Assembly (NCBI RefSeq): GCF_011045215.1
Contig: NZ_CP049201.1
DNA: 64,000 nt
Strand: one strand, 5' to 3'
Source of the DNA: Escherichia coli
GTDB taxonomy: Bacteria > Pseudomonadota > Gammaproteobacteria > Enterobacterales > Enterobacteriaceae
Both the position numbers and the translations under genes were made by a program. Below, piece after piece: positions 21,428 through 36,773 of this stretch. Each line of letters opens with the position of its first letter. Positions within the stretch are counted from its first letter, which is position 1. Under the pieces are notes generated by a model. That model was not told where the DNA came from. It saw only the letters and a list, made by a program, of their open reading frames with translations, and ran no database searches.

Positions 21428-22311
21428 GTGCTTATCTTATTAGGTTACCTGGTTGTTCTCGGTACAGTTTTCGGCGGTTATTTGATGACCGGTGGAAGCC
21501 TTGGAGCACTCTATCAACCCGCTGAACTGGTGATTATTGCCGGTGCAGGGATTGGGTCGTTTATCGTCGGCAATAATGGCAAAGCGATTAAAGGCACGCT
21601 GAAGGCGCTGCCGTTGCTGTTTCGTCGCTCCAAATACACCAAAGCAATGTATATGGATCTGCTGGCTCTGCTTTATCGGTTGATGGCGAAATCGCGGCAG
21701 ATGGGGATGTTTTCGCTGGAACGTGATATTGAAAATCCCCGTGAGAGCGAGATCTTCGCCAGCTACCCACGCATCATCGCGGATAGCGTCATGCTTGATT
21801 TTATCGTCGATTATCTGCGCCTGATTATCAGCGGTCACATGAACACCTTCGAAATCGAAGCCCTGATGGATGAAGAGATTGAGACGCACGAAAGCGAGGC
21901 AGAAGTCCCGGCGAACAGTCTGGCGCTGGTCGGGGACTCACTTCCGGCGTTTGGTATTGTCGCGGCTGTAATGGGGGTCGTTCACGCGTTAGGTTCAGCC
22001 GATCGTCCTGCCGCCGAGCTGGGGGCGCTTATCGCACATGCGATGGTGGGGACTTTCCTCGGCATTTTATTGGCTTACGGATTTATTTCCCCATTAGCGA
22101 GTGTTTTACGTCAGAAAAGCGCCGAAACCAGCAAAATGATGCAGTGCGTCAAAGTCACACTGCTTTCTAATCTGAACGGTTACGCACCGCCTATCGCCGT
22201 TGAGTTTGGTCGCAAAACGCTCTATTCCAGCGAACGTCCGTCGTTTATTGAACTGGAAGAGCATGTGCGTGCGGTGAAAAATCCGCAACAACAGACGACA
22301 ACCGAGGAAGC

Positions 22312-22315
<4 letters not shown>
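21428..22315 (+). CDS. motA: Flagellar motor stator protein MotA
   Basis: 295 aa. Confidence 0.95.
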
Positions 22316-25207
<2,892 letters not shown>

Positions 25208-25227
25208 ATGAGTAAAAAGGTAACAAT

Positions 25228-25731
25228 ATGACCGGTATGACGAATGTAACAAAGCTGGCCAGCGAGCCGTCAGGCCAGGAATTTCTGGTATTTACCCTTG
25301 GTGATGAAGAGTACGGTATTGATATCCTGAAAGTGCAGGAGATCCGTGGCTACGATCAGGTAACACGGATTGCGAACACGCCGGCGTTTATCAAAGGCGT
25401 CACGAATCTGCGCGGCGTTATTGTGCCGATTGTTGACTTACGAATTAAGTTCAGCCAGGTGGATGTGGACTATAACGACAACACGGTAGTTATCGTCCTG
25501 AATCTCGGACAGCGGGTGGTCGGCATCGTGGTTGACGGCGTTTCAGACGTGCTTTCATTGACGGCGGAGCAAATTCGTCCGGCACCAGAGTTTGCCGTGA
25601 CGCTTTCAACAGAATATCTCACTGGACTGGGCGCACTGGGCGACCGTATGTTGATTCTGGTGAACATCGAAAAACTGCTGAACAGCGAAGAGATGGCGCT
25701 GTTAGATAGCGCGGCGTCAGAAGTGGCGTAA
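25228..25731 (+). CDS. cheW: Chemotaxis coupling protein CheW
   Basis: 167 aa. Confidence 0.95.
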
Positions 25732-25759
25732 TTCTCCCGATTTCCTCAATTGAAATAAA

Positions 25760-25787
25760 CCCGATGATCTGCGCATCGGGTTTTTTA
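25760..25787 (+). terminator. Intrinsic terminator after cheW
   Basis: CCCGATG...CATCGGG stem then T6. Confidence 0.75.
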
Positions 25788-25817
25788 TTTCAATTTCGCG
25801 GCGGGTGGCATCAGCAA

Positions 25818-25844
25818 TAAAGTTTCCCCCCTTCTTGCCGATAA
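25818..25844 (+). promoter_or_regulatory. Sigma-28 (FliA) class III promoter of the tar-tap-cheRBYZ operon
   Basis: TAAAGTTT-N11-GCCGATAA exact consensus match. Confidence 0.8.
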
Positions 25845-25875
25845 TGAGATCAACTTGTTTTCAGGAAGGTGCCTT

Positions 25876-27537
25876 ATGATTAACCGTATCCGCGTAGTCA
25901 CGCTGTTGGTAATGGTGCTGGGGGTATTCGCACTGTTACAGCTTATTTCCGGCAGTCTGTTTTTTTCTTCCCTTCACCATAGCCAGAAGAGCTTTGTGGT
26001 TTCCAATCAATTACGGGAACAGCAGGGCGAGCTGACGTCAACCTGGGATTTAATGCTGCAAACGCGCATTAACCTGAGTCGTTCAGCGGTGCGGATGATG
26101 ATGGATTCCTCCAATCAACAAAGTAACGCCAAAGTTGAATTGCTCGATAGCGCCAGGAAAACATTGGCCCAGGCCGCGACTCATTATAAAAAATTCAAAA
26201 GCATGGCACCGTTACCTGAAATGGTCGCTACCAGTCGTAATATTGATGAAAAATATAAAAACTATCACACAGCGTTAACTGAACTGATTGATTATCTTGA
26301 TTATGGCAATACTGGAGCTTATTTCGCTCAGCCAACCCAGGGAATGCAAAATGCAATGGGCGAAGCGTTTGCTCAGTACGCCCTCAGCAGTGAAAAACTG
26401 TATCGCGATATCGTCACTGACAACGCAGATGATTACCGATTTGCCCAGTGGCAACTGGCGGTTATCGCACTGGTGGTGGTATTGATTCTGCTGGTGGCGT
26501 GGTACGGCATTCGCCGTATGTTGCTTACACCGCTGGCAAAAATTATTGCTCACATTCGCGAAATCGCCGGTGGTAACCTGGCGAATACCCTGACCATTGA
26601 CGGGCACAGTGAAATGGGCGACCTGGCGCAGAGCGTTTCACATATGCAACGCTCTTTGACTGACACCGTCACTCATGTCCGCGAAGGTTCAGATGCCATC
26701 TATGCCGGTACCCGTGAAATTGCGGCGGGCAACACCGATCTTTCCTCCCGTACTGAACAGCAGGCATCCGCGCTGGAAGAAACTGCCGCCAGCATGGAGC
26801 AGCTCACCGCGACAGTGAAGCAAAACGCCGATAACGCCCGCCAGGCCTCGCAACTGGCGCAAAGTGCCTCCGACACCGCCCAGCACGGCGGCAAAGTGGT
26901 GGATGGCGTAGTGAAAACGATGCATGAGATCGCCGATAGTTCGAAGAAAATTGCCGACATTATCAGCGTTATCGACGGTATTGCCTTCCAGACTAATATC
27001 CTCGCGCTGAATGCCGCGGTTGAAGCCGCGCGAGCGGGTGAACAGGGCCGTGGTTTTGCCGTGGTGGCGGGCGAAGTGCGTAATCTTGCCAGTCGTAGCG
27101 CCCAGGCGGCAAAAGAGATCAAAGCTCTCATTGAAGACTCCGTCTCGCGCGTTGATACCGGTTCGGTGCTGGTCGAAAGCGCCGGGGAAACAATGAACAA
27201 TATCGTCAATGCTGTCACTCGCGTGACTGACATTATGGGCGAGATTGCATCGGCATCGGATGAACAGAGCCGTGGCATCGATCAAGTCGCATTGGCGGTT
27301 TCGGAAATGGATCGCGTCACGCAACAGAACGCATCGCTGGTGCAGGAATCAGCTGCCGCCGCAGCTGCGCTGGAAGAACAGGCGAGTCGTTTAACGCAAG
27401 CGGTTTCCGCGTTTCGTCTGGCAGCCAGCCCACTCACCAATAAACCGCAAACACCATCCCGTCCTGCCAGTGAGCAACCACCGGCACAGCCACGACTGCG
27501 AATTGCTGAACAAGATCCAAACTGGGAAACATTTTGA
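25876..27537 (+). CDS. tar: Methyl-accepting chemotaxis protein II (aspartate/maltose)
   Basis: 553 aa from [11 protein letters not shown]. Confidence 0.95.
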   Translation: MINRIRVVTLLVMVLGVFALLQLISGSLFFSSLHHSQKSFVVSNQLREQQGELTSTWDLMLQTRINLSRSAVRMMMDSSNQQSNAKVELLDSARKTLAQAATHYKKFKSMAPLPEMVATSRNIDEKYKNYHTALTELIDYLDYGNTGAYFAQPTQGMQNAMGEAFAQYALSSEKLYRDIVTDNADDYRFAQWQLAVIALVVVLILLVAWYGIRRMLLTPLAKIIAHIREIAGGNLANTLTIDGHSEMGDLAQSVSHMQRSLTDTVTHVREGSDAIYAGTREIAAGNTDLSSRTEQQASALEETAASMEQLTATVKQNADNARQASQLAQSASDTAQHGGKVVDGVVKTMHEIADSSKKIADIISVIDGIAFQTNILALNAAVEAARAGEQGRGFAVVAGEVRNLASRSAQAAKEIKALIEDSVSRVDTGSVLVESAGETMNNIVNAVTRVTDIMGEIASASDEQSRGIDQVALAVSEMDRVTQQNASLVQESAAAAAALEEQASRLTQAVSAFRLAASPLTNKPQTPSRPASEQPPAQPRLRIAEQDPNWETF

Positions 27538-27582
27538 CGAGTATTTACTAACGCGGTCATTGCCGCCTGATGGGGAGCGTTG

Positions 27583-29184
27583 ATGTTTAATCGTATTCGA
27601 ATTTCGACCACGCTGTTTTTAATTTTGATTCTCTGCGGGATCTTGCAGATTGGCAGTAACGGCATGTCTTTTTGGGCATTTCGCGACGATTTGCAACGAC
27701 TGAATCAGGTCGAGCAGAGCAATCAGCAACGTGCGGCATTAGCGCAAACTCGGGCGGTAATGTTACAGGCCAGTACCGCGCTGAACAAAGCAGGCACTCT
27801 GACAGCGCTTAGCTATCCGGCGGATGACATTAAAACGTTGATGACGACGGCGCGCGCCAGTCTGACGCAATCCACCACGCTGTTTAAAAGTTTTATGGCG
27901 ATGACTGCGGGTAACGAGCACGTCAGGGCATTGCAAAAAGAGACGGAGAAAAGTTTTGCCCGCTGGCACAACGATCTCGAACATCAGGCGACCTGGCTTG
28001 AAAGTAATCAACTTTCGGATTTCCTCACTGCGCCGGTGCAGGGATCACAGAATGCGTTTGACGTTAACTTTGAGGCCTGGCAGCTGGAGATCAACCATGT
28101 GCTGGAAGCTGCCAGTGCGCAAAGCCAGCGTAACTATCAGATTTCGGCGCTGGTGTTTATCAGCATGATTATTGTTGCGGCGATCTACATCAGCAGTGCG
28201 CTGTGGTGGACGCGCAAGATGATTGTTCAACCACTGGCCATTATCGGTAGCCATTTTGACAGCATTGCTGCGGGTAATCTGGCGCGTCCGATTGCGGTAT
28301 ATGGTCGTAATGAGATCACCGCCATTTTTGCCAGCCTGAAGACCATGCAGCAGGCTTTGCGTGGGACGGTGAGTGATGTGCGTAAGGGAAGCCATGAGAT
28401 GCACATTGGGATCGCGGAGATTGTCGCAGGCAATAACGATCTCTCAAGTCGTACCGAACAGCAGGCGGCATCGCTGGCACAAACGGCCGCCAGTATGGAG
28501 CAATTAACCGCCACGGTAGGGCAAAACGCCGATAACGCACGACAGGCGTCGGAACTGGCAAAAAATGCCGCGACAACGGCGCAGGCGGGCGGTGTTCAGG
28601 TCAGTACCATGACTCACACCATGCAGGAGATCGCCACCAGCTCGCAAAAAATTGGCGACATTATCAGCGTTATCGACGGAATTGCTTTTCAGACCAATAT
28701 TCTGGCCCTGAATGCGGCAGTGGAAGCGGCTCGCGCCGGAGAGCAGGGGCGTGGTTTTGCGGTAGTGGCAGGTGAAGTGCGCAATCTTGCCAGCCGTAGC
28801 GCGCAGGCAGCAAAAGAGATCAAAGGGCTGATCGAAGAGTCAGTCAATCGTGTCCAGCAGGGTTCGAAACTGGTGAATAACGCCGCCGCGACCATGACCG
28901 ATATTGTCAGTTCGGTGACCCGCGTGAACGACATTATGGGAGAAATTGCTTCGGCGTCGGAAGAACAACGGCGGGGGATTGAGCAGGTTGCACAGGCTGT
29001 CAGCCAGATGGATCAGGTGACTCAGCAGAACGCCTCGCTGGTAGAAGAAGCGGCGGTGGCAACGGAACAACTGGCGAATCAGGCCGACCATCTTTCGTCG
29101 CGTGTGGCGGTATTTACCCTTGAAGAACATGAAGTAGCACGACATGAGTCGGCGCAGTTACAAATTGCGCCAGTGGTATCCTGA
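27583..29184 (+). CDS. tap: Methyl-accepting chemotaxis protein IV (dipeptide)
   Basis: 533 aa from MFNRIRISTTLF. Confidence 0.95.
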   Translation: MFNRIRISTTLFLILILCGILQIGSNGMSFWAFRDDLQRLNQVEQSNQQRAALAQTRAVMLQASTALNKAGTLTALSYPADDIKTLMTTARASLTQSTTLFKSFMAMTAGNEHVRALQKETEKSFARWHNDLEHQATWLESNQLSDFLTAPVQGSQNAFDVNFEAWQLEINHVLEAASAQSQRNYQISALVFISMIIVAAIYISSALWWTRKMIVQPLAIIGSHFDSIAAGNLARPIAVYGRNEITAIFASLKTMQQALRGTVSDVRKGSHEMHIGIAEIVAGNNDLSSRTEQQAASLAQTAASMEQLTATVGQNADNARQASELAKNAATTAQAGGVQVSTMTHTMQEIATSSQKIGDIISVIDGIAFQTNILALNAAVEAARAGEQGRGFAVVAGEVRNLASRSAQAAKEIKGLIEESVNRVQQGSKLVNNAAATMTDIVSSVTRVNDIMGEIASASEEQRRGIEQVAQAVSQMDQVTQQNASLVEEAAVATEQLANQADHLSSRVAVFTLEEHEVARHESAQLQIAPVVS

Positions 29185-29202
29185 AGTGATTGAGAAGGCG
29201 CT

Positions 29203-30063
29203 ATGACTTCATCTCTGCCCTGTGGGCAAACGTCTTTATTGTTACAGATGACCGAGCGCCTGGCGCTTTCCGACGCGCATTTTCGTCGGATAAGTCAATT
29301 GATCTATCAACGAGCCGGGATCGTTCTGGCTGACCATAAACGCGACATGGTTTACAACCGACTGGTTCGTCGTTTGCGTTCGCTGGGACTGACGGATTTC
29401 GGTCATTATCTGAACTTGCTGGAATCTAATCAGCACAGCGGTGAGTGGCAGGCGTTTATCAATTCGCTGACCACGAATCTGACGGCATTTTTCCGTGAGG
29501 CACATCATTTCCCTCTGCTCGCGGATCACGCACGTCGCCGTTCTGGCGAGTATCGCGTATGGAGCGCGGCGGCTTCGACCGGCGAAGAGCCGTACAGCAT
29601 TGCGATGACGCTGGCTGACACATTGGGCACCGCGCCCGGACGCTGGAAAGTGTTTGCCAGTGATATCGACACCGAAGTGCTGGAAAAAGCCAGAAGCGGT
29701 ATCTATCGCCATGAAGAGTTGAAAAACCTGACGCCGCAGCAACTGCAACGGTATTTCATGCGAGGGACGGGACCGCATGAAGGGCTGGTACGCGTGCGTC
29801 AGGAGCTGGCGAACTATGTTGATTTTGCCCCGCTGAATTTACTGGCGAAACAGTACACCGTGCCGGGGCCGTTTGATGCGATCTTCTGTCGTAACGTCAT
29901 GATCTACTTCGATCAAACTACCCAGCAGGAGATTTTGCGCCGCTTTGTTCCGCTCCTTAAACCCGACGGATTGCTGTTTGCGGGTCACTCTGAAAACTTT
30001 AGCCACCTCGAGCGCCGCTTCACGCTGCGTGGTCAGACGGTGTATGCGCTAAGTAAGGATTAA
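29203..30063 (+). CDS. cheR: Chemotaxis methyltransferase CheR
   Basis: 286 aa. Confidence 0.95.
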
Positions 30064-30065
30064 CG

Positions 30066-31519
<1,454 letters not shown>

Positions 31520-31529
31520 GGATGCGACT

Positions 31530-32174
31530 ATGATGCAACCATCAATCAAACCTGCTGACGAGCATTCAGCTGGCGATATCATTGCGCGCATCGGCAGCCT
31601 GACGCGTATGCTGCGCGACAGTTTGCGGGAACTGGGGCTGGATCAGGCCATTGCCGAAGCGGCGGAAGCCATCCCGGATGCGCGCGATCGTTTGTACTAT
31701 GTTGTGCAGATGACCGCCCAGGCTGCGGAGCGGGCGCTGAACAGTGTTGAGGCGTCACAACCGCATCAGGATCAAATGGAGAAATCAGCAAAAGCGTTAA
31801 CCCAACGTTGGGATGACTGGTTTGCCGATCCGATTGACCTTGCCGACGCCCGTGAACTGGTAACAGACACGCGGCAATTTCTGGGAGATGTACCCGCGCA
31901 TACCAGCTTTACTAACGCGCAACTGCTGGAAATCATGATGGCGCAGGATTTTCAGGATCTCACCGGGCAGGTCATTAAGCGGATGATGGATGTCATTCAG
32001 GAGATCGAACGCCAGTTGCTGATGGTGCTGTTGGAAAACATCCCGGAACAGGAGTCGCGTCCAAAACGTGAAAACCAGAGTTTGCTTAATGGACCTCAGG
32101 TCGATACCAGCAAAGCCGGTGTGGTAGCCAGTCAGGATCAGGTGGACGATTTGTTGGATAGTCTTGGATTTTGA
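31530..32174 (+). CDS. cheZ: CheY-P phosphatase CheZ
   Basis: 214 aa from [12 protein letters not shown]. Confidence 0.95.
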   Translation: MMQPSIKPADEHSAGDIIARIGSLTRMLRDSLRELGLDQAIAEAAEAIPDARDRLYYVVQMTAQAAERALNSVEASQPHQDQMEKSAKALTQRWDDWFADPIDLADARELVTDTRQFLGDVPAHTSFTNAQLLEIMMAQDFQDLTGQVIKRMMDVIQEIERQLLMVLLENIPEQESRPKRENQSLLNGPQVDTSKAGVVASQDQVDDLLDSLGF

Positions 32175-32182
32175 TTTGTATT

Positions 32183-32250
32183 GCCTGATGTGGCGTGACC
32201 ACGTCATATCAGGCGGTCTGATAAGGCGATGACGCCGCATCCGACAAACG
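32183..32250. repeat. REP/BIME-type palindromic element
   Basis: GCCTGATG...GACGCCGCATCCGACA REP-like palindromes. Confidence 0.6.
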
Positions 32251-32375
32251 CACACTATGCTTGATGTGTGGCAGCAAAAGCCCTAAATCCCGCCTGTTTT
32301 GCCCCTTACTCAAACCATTGAACGCTTTGCGCTCTGGCATCATTCACGCTTAATACTCTTTCCAGGATTGGCGAC

Positions 32376-33524
32376 GTGTCTGACGAGAGCGACGACAAAA
32401 CAGAAGCCCCCACACCTCACCGACTAGAAAAAGCGCGGGAAGAGGGGCAAATCCCGCGTTCCCGTGAACTGACTTCACTGCTGATTTTGCTGGTGGGCGT
32501 TAGTGTTATCTGGTTTGGCGGTGTGTCGCTGGCCCGTCGATTGTCGGGCATGCTCTCCGCTGGGCTGCATTTTGATCACAGTATTATCAAAGACCCGAAT
32601 CTGATCCTCGGGCAAATTATTCTGCTGATCAGAGAAGCCATGCTGGCGCTGCTACCGCTGATTAGCGGCGTGGTGCTGGTGGCGCTCATTTCTCCGGTTA
32701 TGCTGGGGGGGCTGGTATTTAGCGGAAAATCCTTGCAGCCGAAGTTTTCCAAACTCAACCCGCTACCGGGCATAAAACGGATGTTCTCGGCACAGACTGG
32801 CGCGGAGTTGCTTAAAGCAATTTTGAAAACCATCCTGGTTGGTAGCGTGACGGGGTTTTTTCTCTGGCATCACTGGCCGCAGATGATGCGCTTAATGGCC
32901 GAGTCTCCGATTACCGCCATGGGTAATGCGATGGATTTGGTAGGGCTATGCGCACTGCTGGTGGTGCTTGGTGTCATTCCAATGGTGGGATTTGACGTCT
33001 TTTTCCAAATCTTCAGCCACCTGAAAAAGCTGCGAATGTCGCGGCAGGATATTCGTGATGAGTTCAAACAAAGCGAAGGCGACCCCCATGTTAAAGGACG
33101 GATCCGTCAGATGCAGCGAGCGGCTGCACGGCGTCGGATGATGGCCGATGTGCCGAAAGCGGATGTCATTGTCAATAACCCGACCCACTATTCGGTAGCG
33201 TTGCAGTATGACGAAAACAAAATGAGCGCACCGAAAGTGGTCGCTAAAGGTGCAGGGCTGGTCGCGCTGCGCATTCGTGAAATTGGCGCTGAAAATAACG
33301 TCCCGACGCTTGAAGCGCCGCCGCTGGCGCGAGCGCTGTATCGACATGCGGAGATTGGTCAACAAATCCCGGGTCAACTGTACGCCGCGGTGGCGGAAGT
33401 GCTGGCCTGGGTCTGGCAACTGAAACGCTGGCGTCTGGCTGGTGGACAGCGCCCTGTACAACCTACTCATCTTCCGGTGCCGGAAGCCCTGGATTTTATT
33501 AACGAGAAACCGACCCATGAGTAA
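32376..33524 (+). CDS. flhB: Flagellar export apparatus protein FlhB
   Basis: 382 aa, GTG start. Confidence 0.95.
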   Translation: MSDESDDKTEAPTPHRLEKAREEGQIPRSRELTSLLILLVGVSVIWFGGVSLARRLSGMLSAGLHFDHSIIKDPNLILGQIILLIREAMLALLPLISGVVLVALISPVMLGGLVFSGKSLQPKFSKLNPLPGIKRMFSAQTGAELLKAILKTILVGSVTGFFLWHHWPQMMRLMAESPITAMGNAMDLVGLCALLVVLGVIPMVGFDVFFQIFSHLKKLRMSRQDIRDEFKQSEGDPHVKGRIRQMQRAAARRRMMADVPKADVIVNNPTHYSVALQYDENKMSAPKVVAKGAGLVALRIREIGAENNVPTLEAPPLARALYRHAEIGQQIPGQLYAAVAEVLAWVWQLKRWRLAGGQRPVQPTHLPVPEALDFINEKPTHE

Positions 33525-35595
33525 TCTGGCCGCGATGCTGCGCCTGCCCACAAACCTGAAATCGACACAATGGCAGATCCTTGCTGGACCGATTTTGATC
33601 CTGTTGATCTTGTCGATGATGGTGCTGCCACTGCCCGCATTCATACTCGACCTGTTGTTTACCTTCAATATTGCCTTGTCGATCATGGTGTTGCTGGTGG
33701 CGATGTTTACCCAGCGCACGCTTGAGTTTGCTGCGTTTCCGACCATTCTGTTGTTTACCACGCTGTTGCGTCTGGCACTTAACGTGGCTTCAACCCGTAT
33801 CATTTTGATGGAAGGGCATACCGGCGCAGCGGCGGCAGGGAAGGTGGTCGAAGCGTTCGGTCACTTCCTCGTTGGTGGCAATTTCGCTATCGGTATCGTG
33901 GTGTTTGTCATTCTCGTGATCATCAACTTTATGGTCATTACCAAAGGTGCCGGGCGTATCGCAGAAGTGGGTGCGCGCTTTGTTCTCGATGGTATGCCGG
34001 GTAAGCAGATGGCGATTGACGCCGACCTTAACGCCGGATTGATTGGTGAAGATGAGGCGAAAAAACGCCGCTCCGAAGTCACTCAGGAAGCCGATTTTTA
34101 CGGCTCAATGGACGGGGCAAGTAAGTTTGTTCGCGGCGATGCCATCGCCGGGATCCTCATCATGGTCATTAACGTTGTCGGCGGGTTGCTGGTCGGCGTG
34201 CTGCAACATGGCATGAGCATGGGACACGCGGCGGAAAGTTATACGCTATTGACCATTGGCGACGGTCTGGTGGCACAAATTCCGGCGCTGGTGATTTCTA
34301 CCGCCGCGGGGGTCATCGTTACGCGTGTCAGCACCGATCAGGATGTTGGCGAGCAGATGGTGAATCAGCTTTTCAGTAACCCAAGCGTTATGTTGTTAAG
34401 CGCCGCCGTGCTCGGTTTACTCGGCCTGGTGCCTGGAATGCCGAACCTGGTATTTTTGCTGTTCACTGCCGGATTGCTCGGGCTGGCCTGGTGGATACGC
34501 GGACGCGAACAAAAAGCGCCTGCCGAACCCAAACCGGTAAAAATGGCAGAGAATAATACCGTTGTCGAAGCGACGTGGAACGATGTACAACTGGAAGATT
34601 CTCTGGGAATGGAAGTGGGTTATCGACTGATCCCGATGGTCGATTTCCAGCAGGATGGTGAGTTGTTGGGCCGTATACGCAGTATCCGCAAGAAATTTGC
34701 CCAGGAGATGGGATTTCTGCCGCCAGTGGTGCACATTCGCGACAATATGGATCTGCAACCTGCCCGCTATCGCATTTTGATGAAAGGCGTGGAGATAGGC
34801 AGTGGTGATGCTTATCCGGGGCGCTGGTTGGCGATTAACCCTGGAACCGCTGCCGGGACGTTACCTGGTGAGGCGACCATCGATCCGGCATTTGGCCTGA
34901 ATGCTATCTGGATTGAAAGTGCGCTAAAAGAACAGGCGCAGATTCAGGGGTACACCGTGGTTGAGGCTAGCACGGTGGTAGCAACGCATCTTAACCACCT
35001 CATTAGCCAGCATGCCGCAGAGCTGTTTGGTCGTCAGGAGGCGCAACAGCTGCTGGATCGCGTCGCCCAGGAGATGCCAAAGCTGACGGAAGATCTCGTT
35101 CCTGGCGTCGTCACGCTCACCACACTGCATAAAGTGCTGCAAAATCTGCTCGATGAAAAAGTGCCGATTCGCGATATGCGCACTATTCTCGAAACGCTGG
35201 CGGAACATGCACCCATCCAAAGTGATCCACATGAATTAACCGCCGTCGTGCGCGTGGCGTTGGGACGGGCGATTACCCAGCAGTGGTTTCCTGGCAAAGA
35301 TGAAGTCCATGTTATTGGCCTCGATACACCGCTGGAACGTTTGTTGCTACAGGCGTTGCAGGGCGGGGGCGGACTGGAGCCAGGGCTGGCGGATCGTTTA
35401 CTGGCGCAAACTCAGGAAGCGCTATCCCGTCAGGAGATGTTGGGTGCGCCGCCAGTATTGTTGGTGAACCACGCGCTGCGACCATTATTGTCTCGCTTTC
35501 TGCGCCGCAGCTTGCCGCAGTTAGTGGTGCTGTCGAATCTGGAACTATCTGATAACCGACATATCCGCATGACGGCGACAATTGGCGGTAAATGA
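33517..35595 (+). CDS. flhA: Flagellar export apparatus protein FlhA
   Basis: 692 aa from MSNLAAMLRLPTNLK. Confidence 0.95.
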   Translation: MSNLAAMLRLPTNLKSTQWQILAGPILILLILSMMVLPLPAFILDLLFTFNIALSIMVLLVAMFTQRTLEFAAFPTILLFTTLLRLALNVASTRIILMEGHTGAAAAGKVVEAFGHFLVGGNFAIGIVVFVILVIINFMVITKGAGRIAEVGARFVLDGMPGKQMAIDADLNAGLIGEDEAKKRRSEVTQEADFYGSMDGASKFVRGDAIAGILIMVINVVGGLLVGVLQHGMSMGHAAESYTLLTIGDGLVAQIPALVISTAAGVIVTRVSTDQDVGEQMVNQLFSNPSVMLLSAAVLGLLGLVPGMPNLVFLLFTAGLLGLAWWIRGREQKAPAEPKPVKMAENNTVVEATWNDVQLEDSLGMEVGYRLIPMVDFQQDGELLGRIRSIRKKFAQEMGFLPPVVHIRDNMDLQPARYRILMKGVEIGSGDAYPGRWLAINPGTAAGTLPGEATIDPAFGLNAIWIESALKEQAQIQGYTVVEASTVVATHLNHLISQHAAELFGRQEAQQLLDRVAQEMPKLTEDLVPGVVTLTTLHKVLQNLLDEKVPIRDMRTILETLAEHAPIQSDPHELTAVVRVALGRAITQQWFPGKDEVHVIGLDTPLERLLLQALQGGGGLEPGLADRLLAQTQEALSRQEMLGAPPVLLVNHALRPLLSRFLRRSLPQLVVLSNLELSDNRHIRMTATIGGK

Positions 35596-35987
35596 TGAGA
35601 ACCTTATTAGCAATATTATTGTTTCCGCTGCTAGTGCAAGCAGCCGGGGAGGGGATGTGGCAGGCAAGTAGTGTCGGAATTACGCTAAATCATCGCGGTG
35701 AGTCGATGTCGTCAGCGCCTCTTTCTACTCGACAACCTGCTTCAGGATTGATGACGCTGGTGGCGTGGCGTTATCAGCTTATCGGCCCGACACCTGCAGG
35801 ACTGCGGGTTCGCTTGTGTTCGCAATCTCGTTGTGTCGAATTAGAGGGGCAGAGCGGAACCACCGTGGCCTTTTCCGGTATAGCGGCAGCAGAACCGTTG
35901 CGCTTTATCTGGGAAGTGCCTGGCGGTGGGCGGTTAATTCCACCGCTAAAGGTACAACGGAATGAAGTGATTGTGAATTATCGCTGA
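35592..35987 (+). CDS. flhE: Flagellar protein FlhE
   Basis: ~130 aa with signal peptide. Confidence 0.9.
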   Translation: MMRTLLAILLFPLLVQAAGEGMWQASSVGITLNHRGESMSSAPLSTRQPASGLMTLVAWRYQLIGPTPAGLRVRLCSQSRCVELEGQSGTTVAFSGIAAAEPLRFIWEVPGGGRLIPPLKVQRNEVIVNYR

Positions 35988-36108
35988 AGGACAAATAAAA
36001 ATTACGCGCTCGCGAGCATGTTTAATAACTCAGCGAAAAAGGCTCGATGTTTTGTTGCAATTATTTATCAGGAATAGCTTGCAACAAAACATGCCAAAAA
36101 GATGTGAA

Positions 36109-36597
36109 TTATCCTCTTGTCAAAGGGCTTGGATAAAAATCTTCAGAGTTACGGTATAGCTGCAACTGGCGAGTTCGCGTATTGGTCTGTATGATCATAC
36201 ATGATAGCCATTCTGATTCAGAATAAGGGTCACTTAAATCCTGAACATCCTCATTTGAAAGGATTAATTCACATTCTTTGTCCCTAAAATCCAGCCAGGC
36301 TCGTTGTGATTTTTTAAGCAAGTTAAGTTGTTCGGTATCAGGTTTTTTTGCACCCGTGCGTGGCACTTGTTCTATATAACGATAAGCTTCACCATAAGCT
36401 TTATTTAATTGCGCATCGACGAGATTGTATTCTTGTCGCAGACATGATTTGATCACGTTAATGTCAGTATCATCATCTGAATTTTTTTGCCAACAATCTT
36501 TGATGGCTGAAATGTCATGATCATTTACTATAACCGTATCTTCTGCGTAAGCCTGGCAAGAGATAATGCCTAATGTTAATACAAGAAATTTAAACAC
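36109..36597 (-). CDS. yecT: Secreted protein YecT
   Basis: 162 aa with signal peptide; position between flhE and argS. Confidence 0.75.
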   Translation of the reverse strand: MFKFLVLTLGIISCQAYAEDTVIVNDHDISAIKDCWQKNSDDDTDINVIKSCLRQEYNLVDAQLNKAYGEAYRYIEQVPRTGAKKPDTEQLNLLKKSQRAWLDFRDKECELILSNEDVQDLSDPYSESEWLSCMIIQTNTRTRQLQLYRNSEDFYPSPLTRG

Positions 36598-36718
36598 TGC
36601 GGTATTCCTTAAATTGAACCGTTATCGTTTTCCTGGGCCTGGATATTACGCTTCTGGCCTCTTACTCAACAGTGAGAAAACGATGGCATGTCCGTTTTCA
36701 GAATACATTTAGATGGCA

Positions 36719-36754
36719 ATAAAAAAGCCTGATCGGCTAACCCTGATCAGGCTT
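36719..36754 (-). terminator. Intrinsic terminator downstream of argS
   Basis: AAGCCTGATC...GATCAGGCTT stem with T-run on minus strand. Confidence 0.7.
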
Positions 36755-36773
36755 CACTCTCACGAAAAATCGA

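Noticed and set aside
26689-29145. Multiple antisense ORFs opposite tar and tap
   Set aside because: GC-rich, repetitive methyl-accepting-domain coding sequence gives long spurious reverse-frame ORFs.
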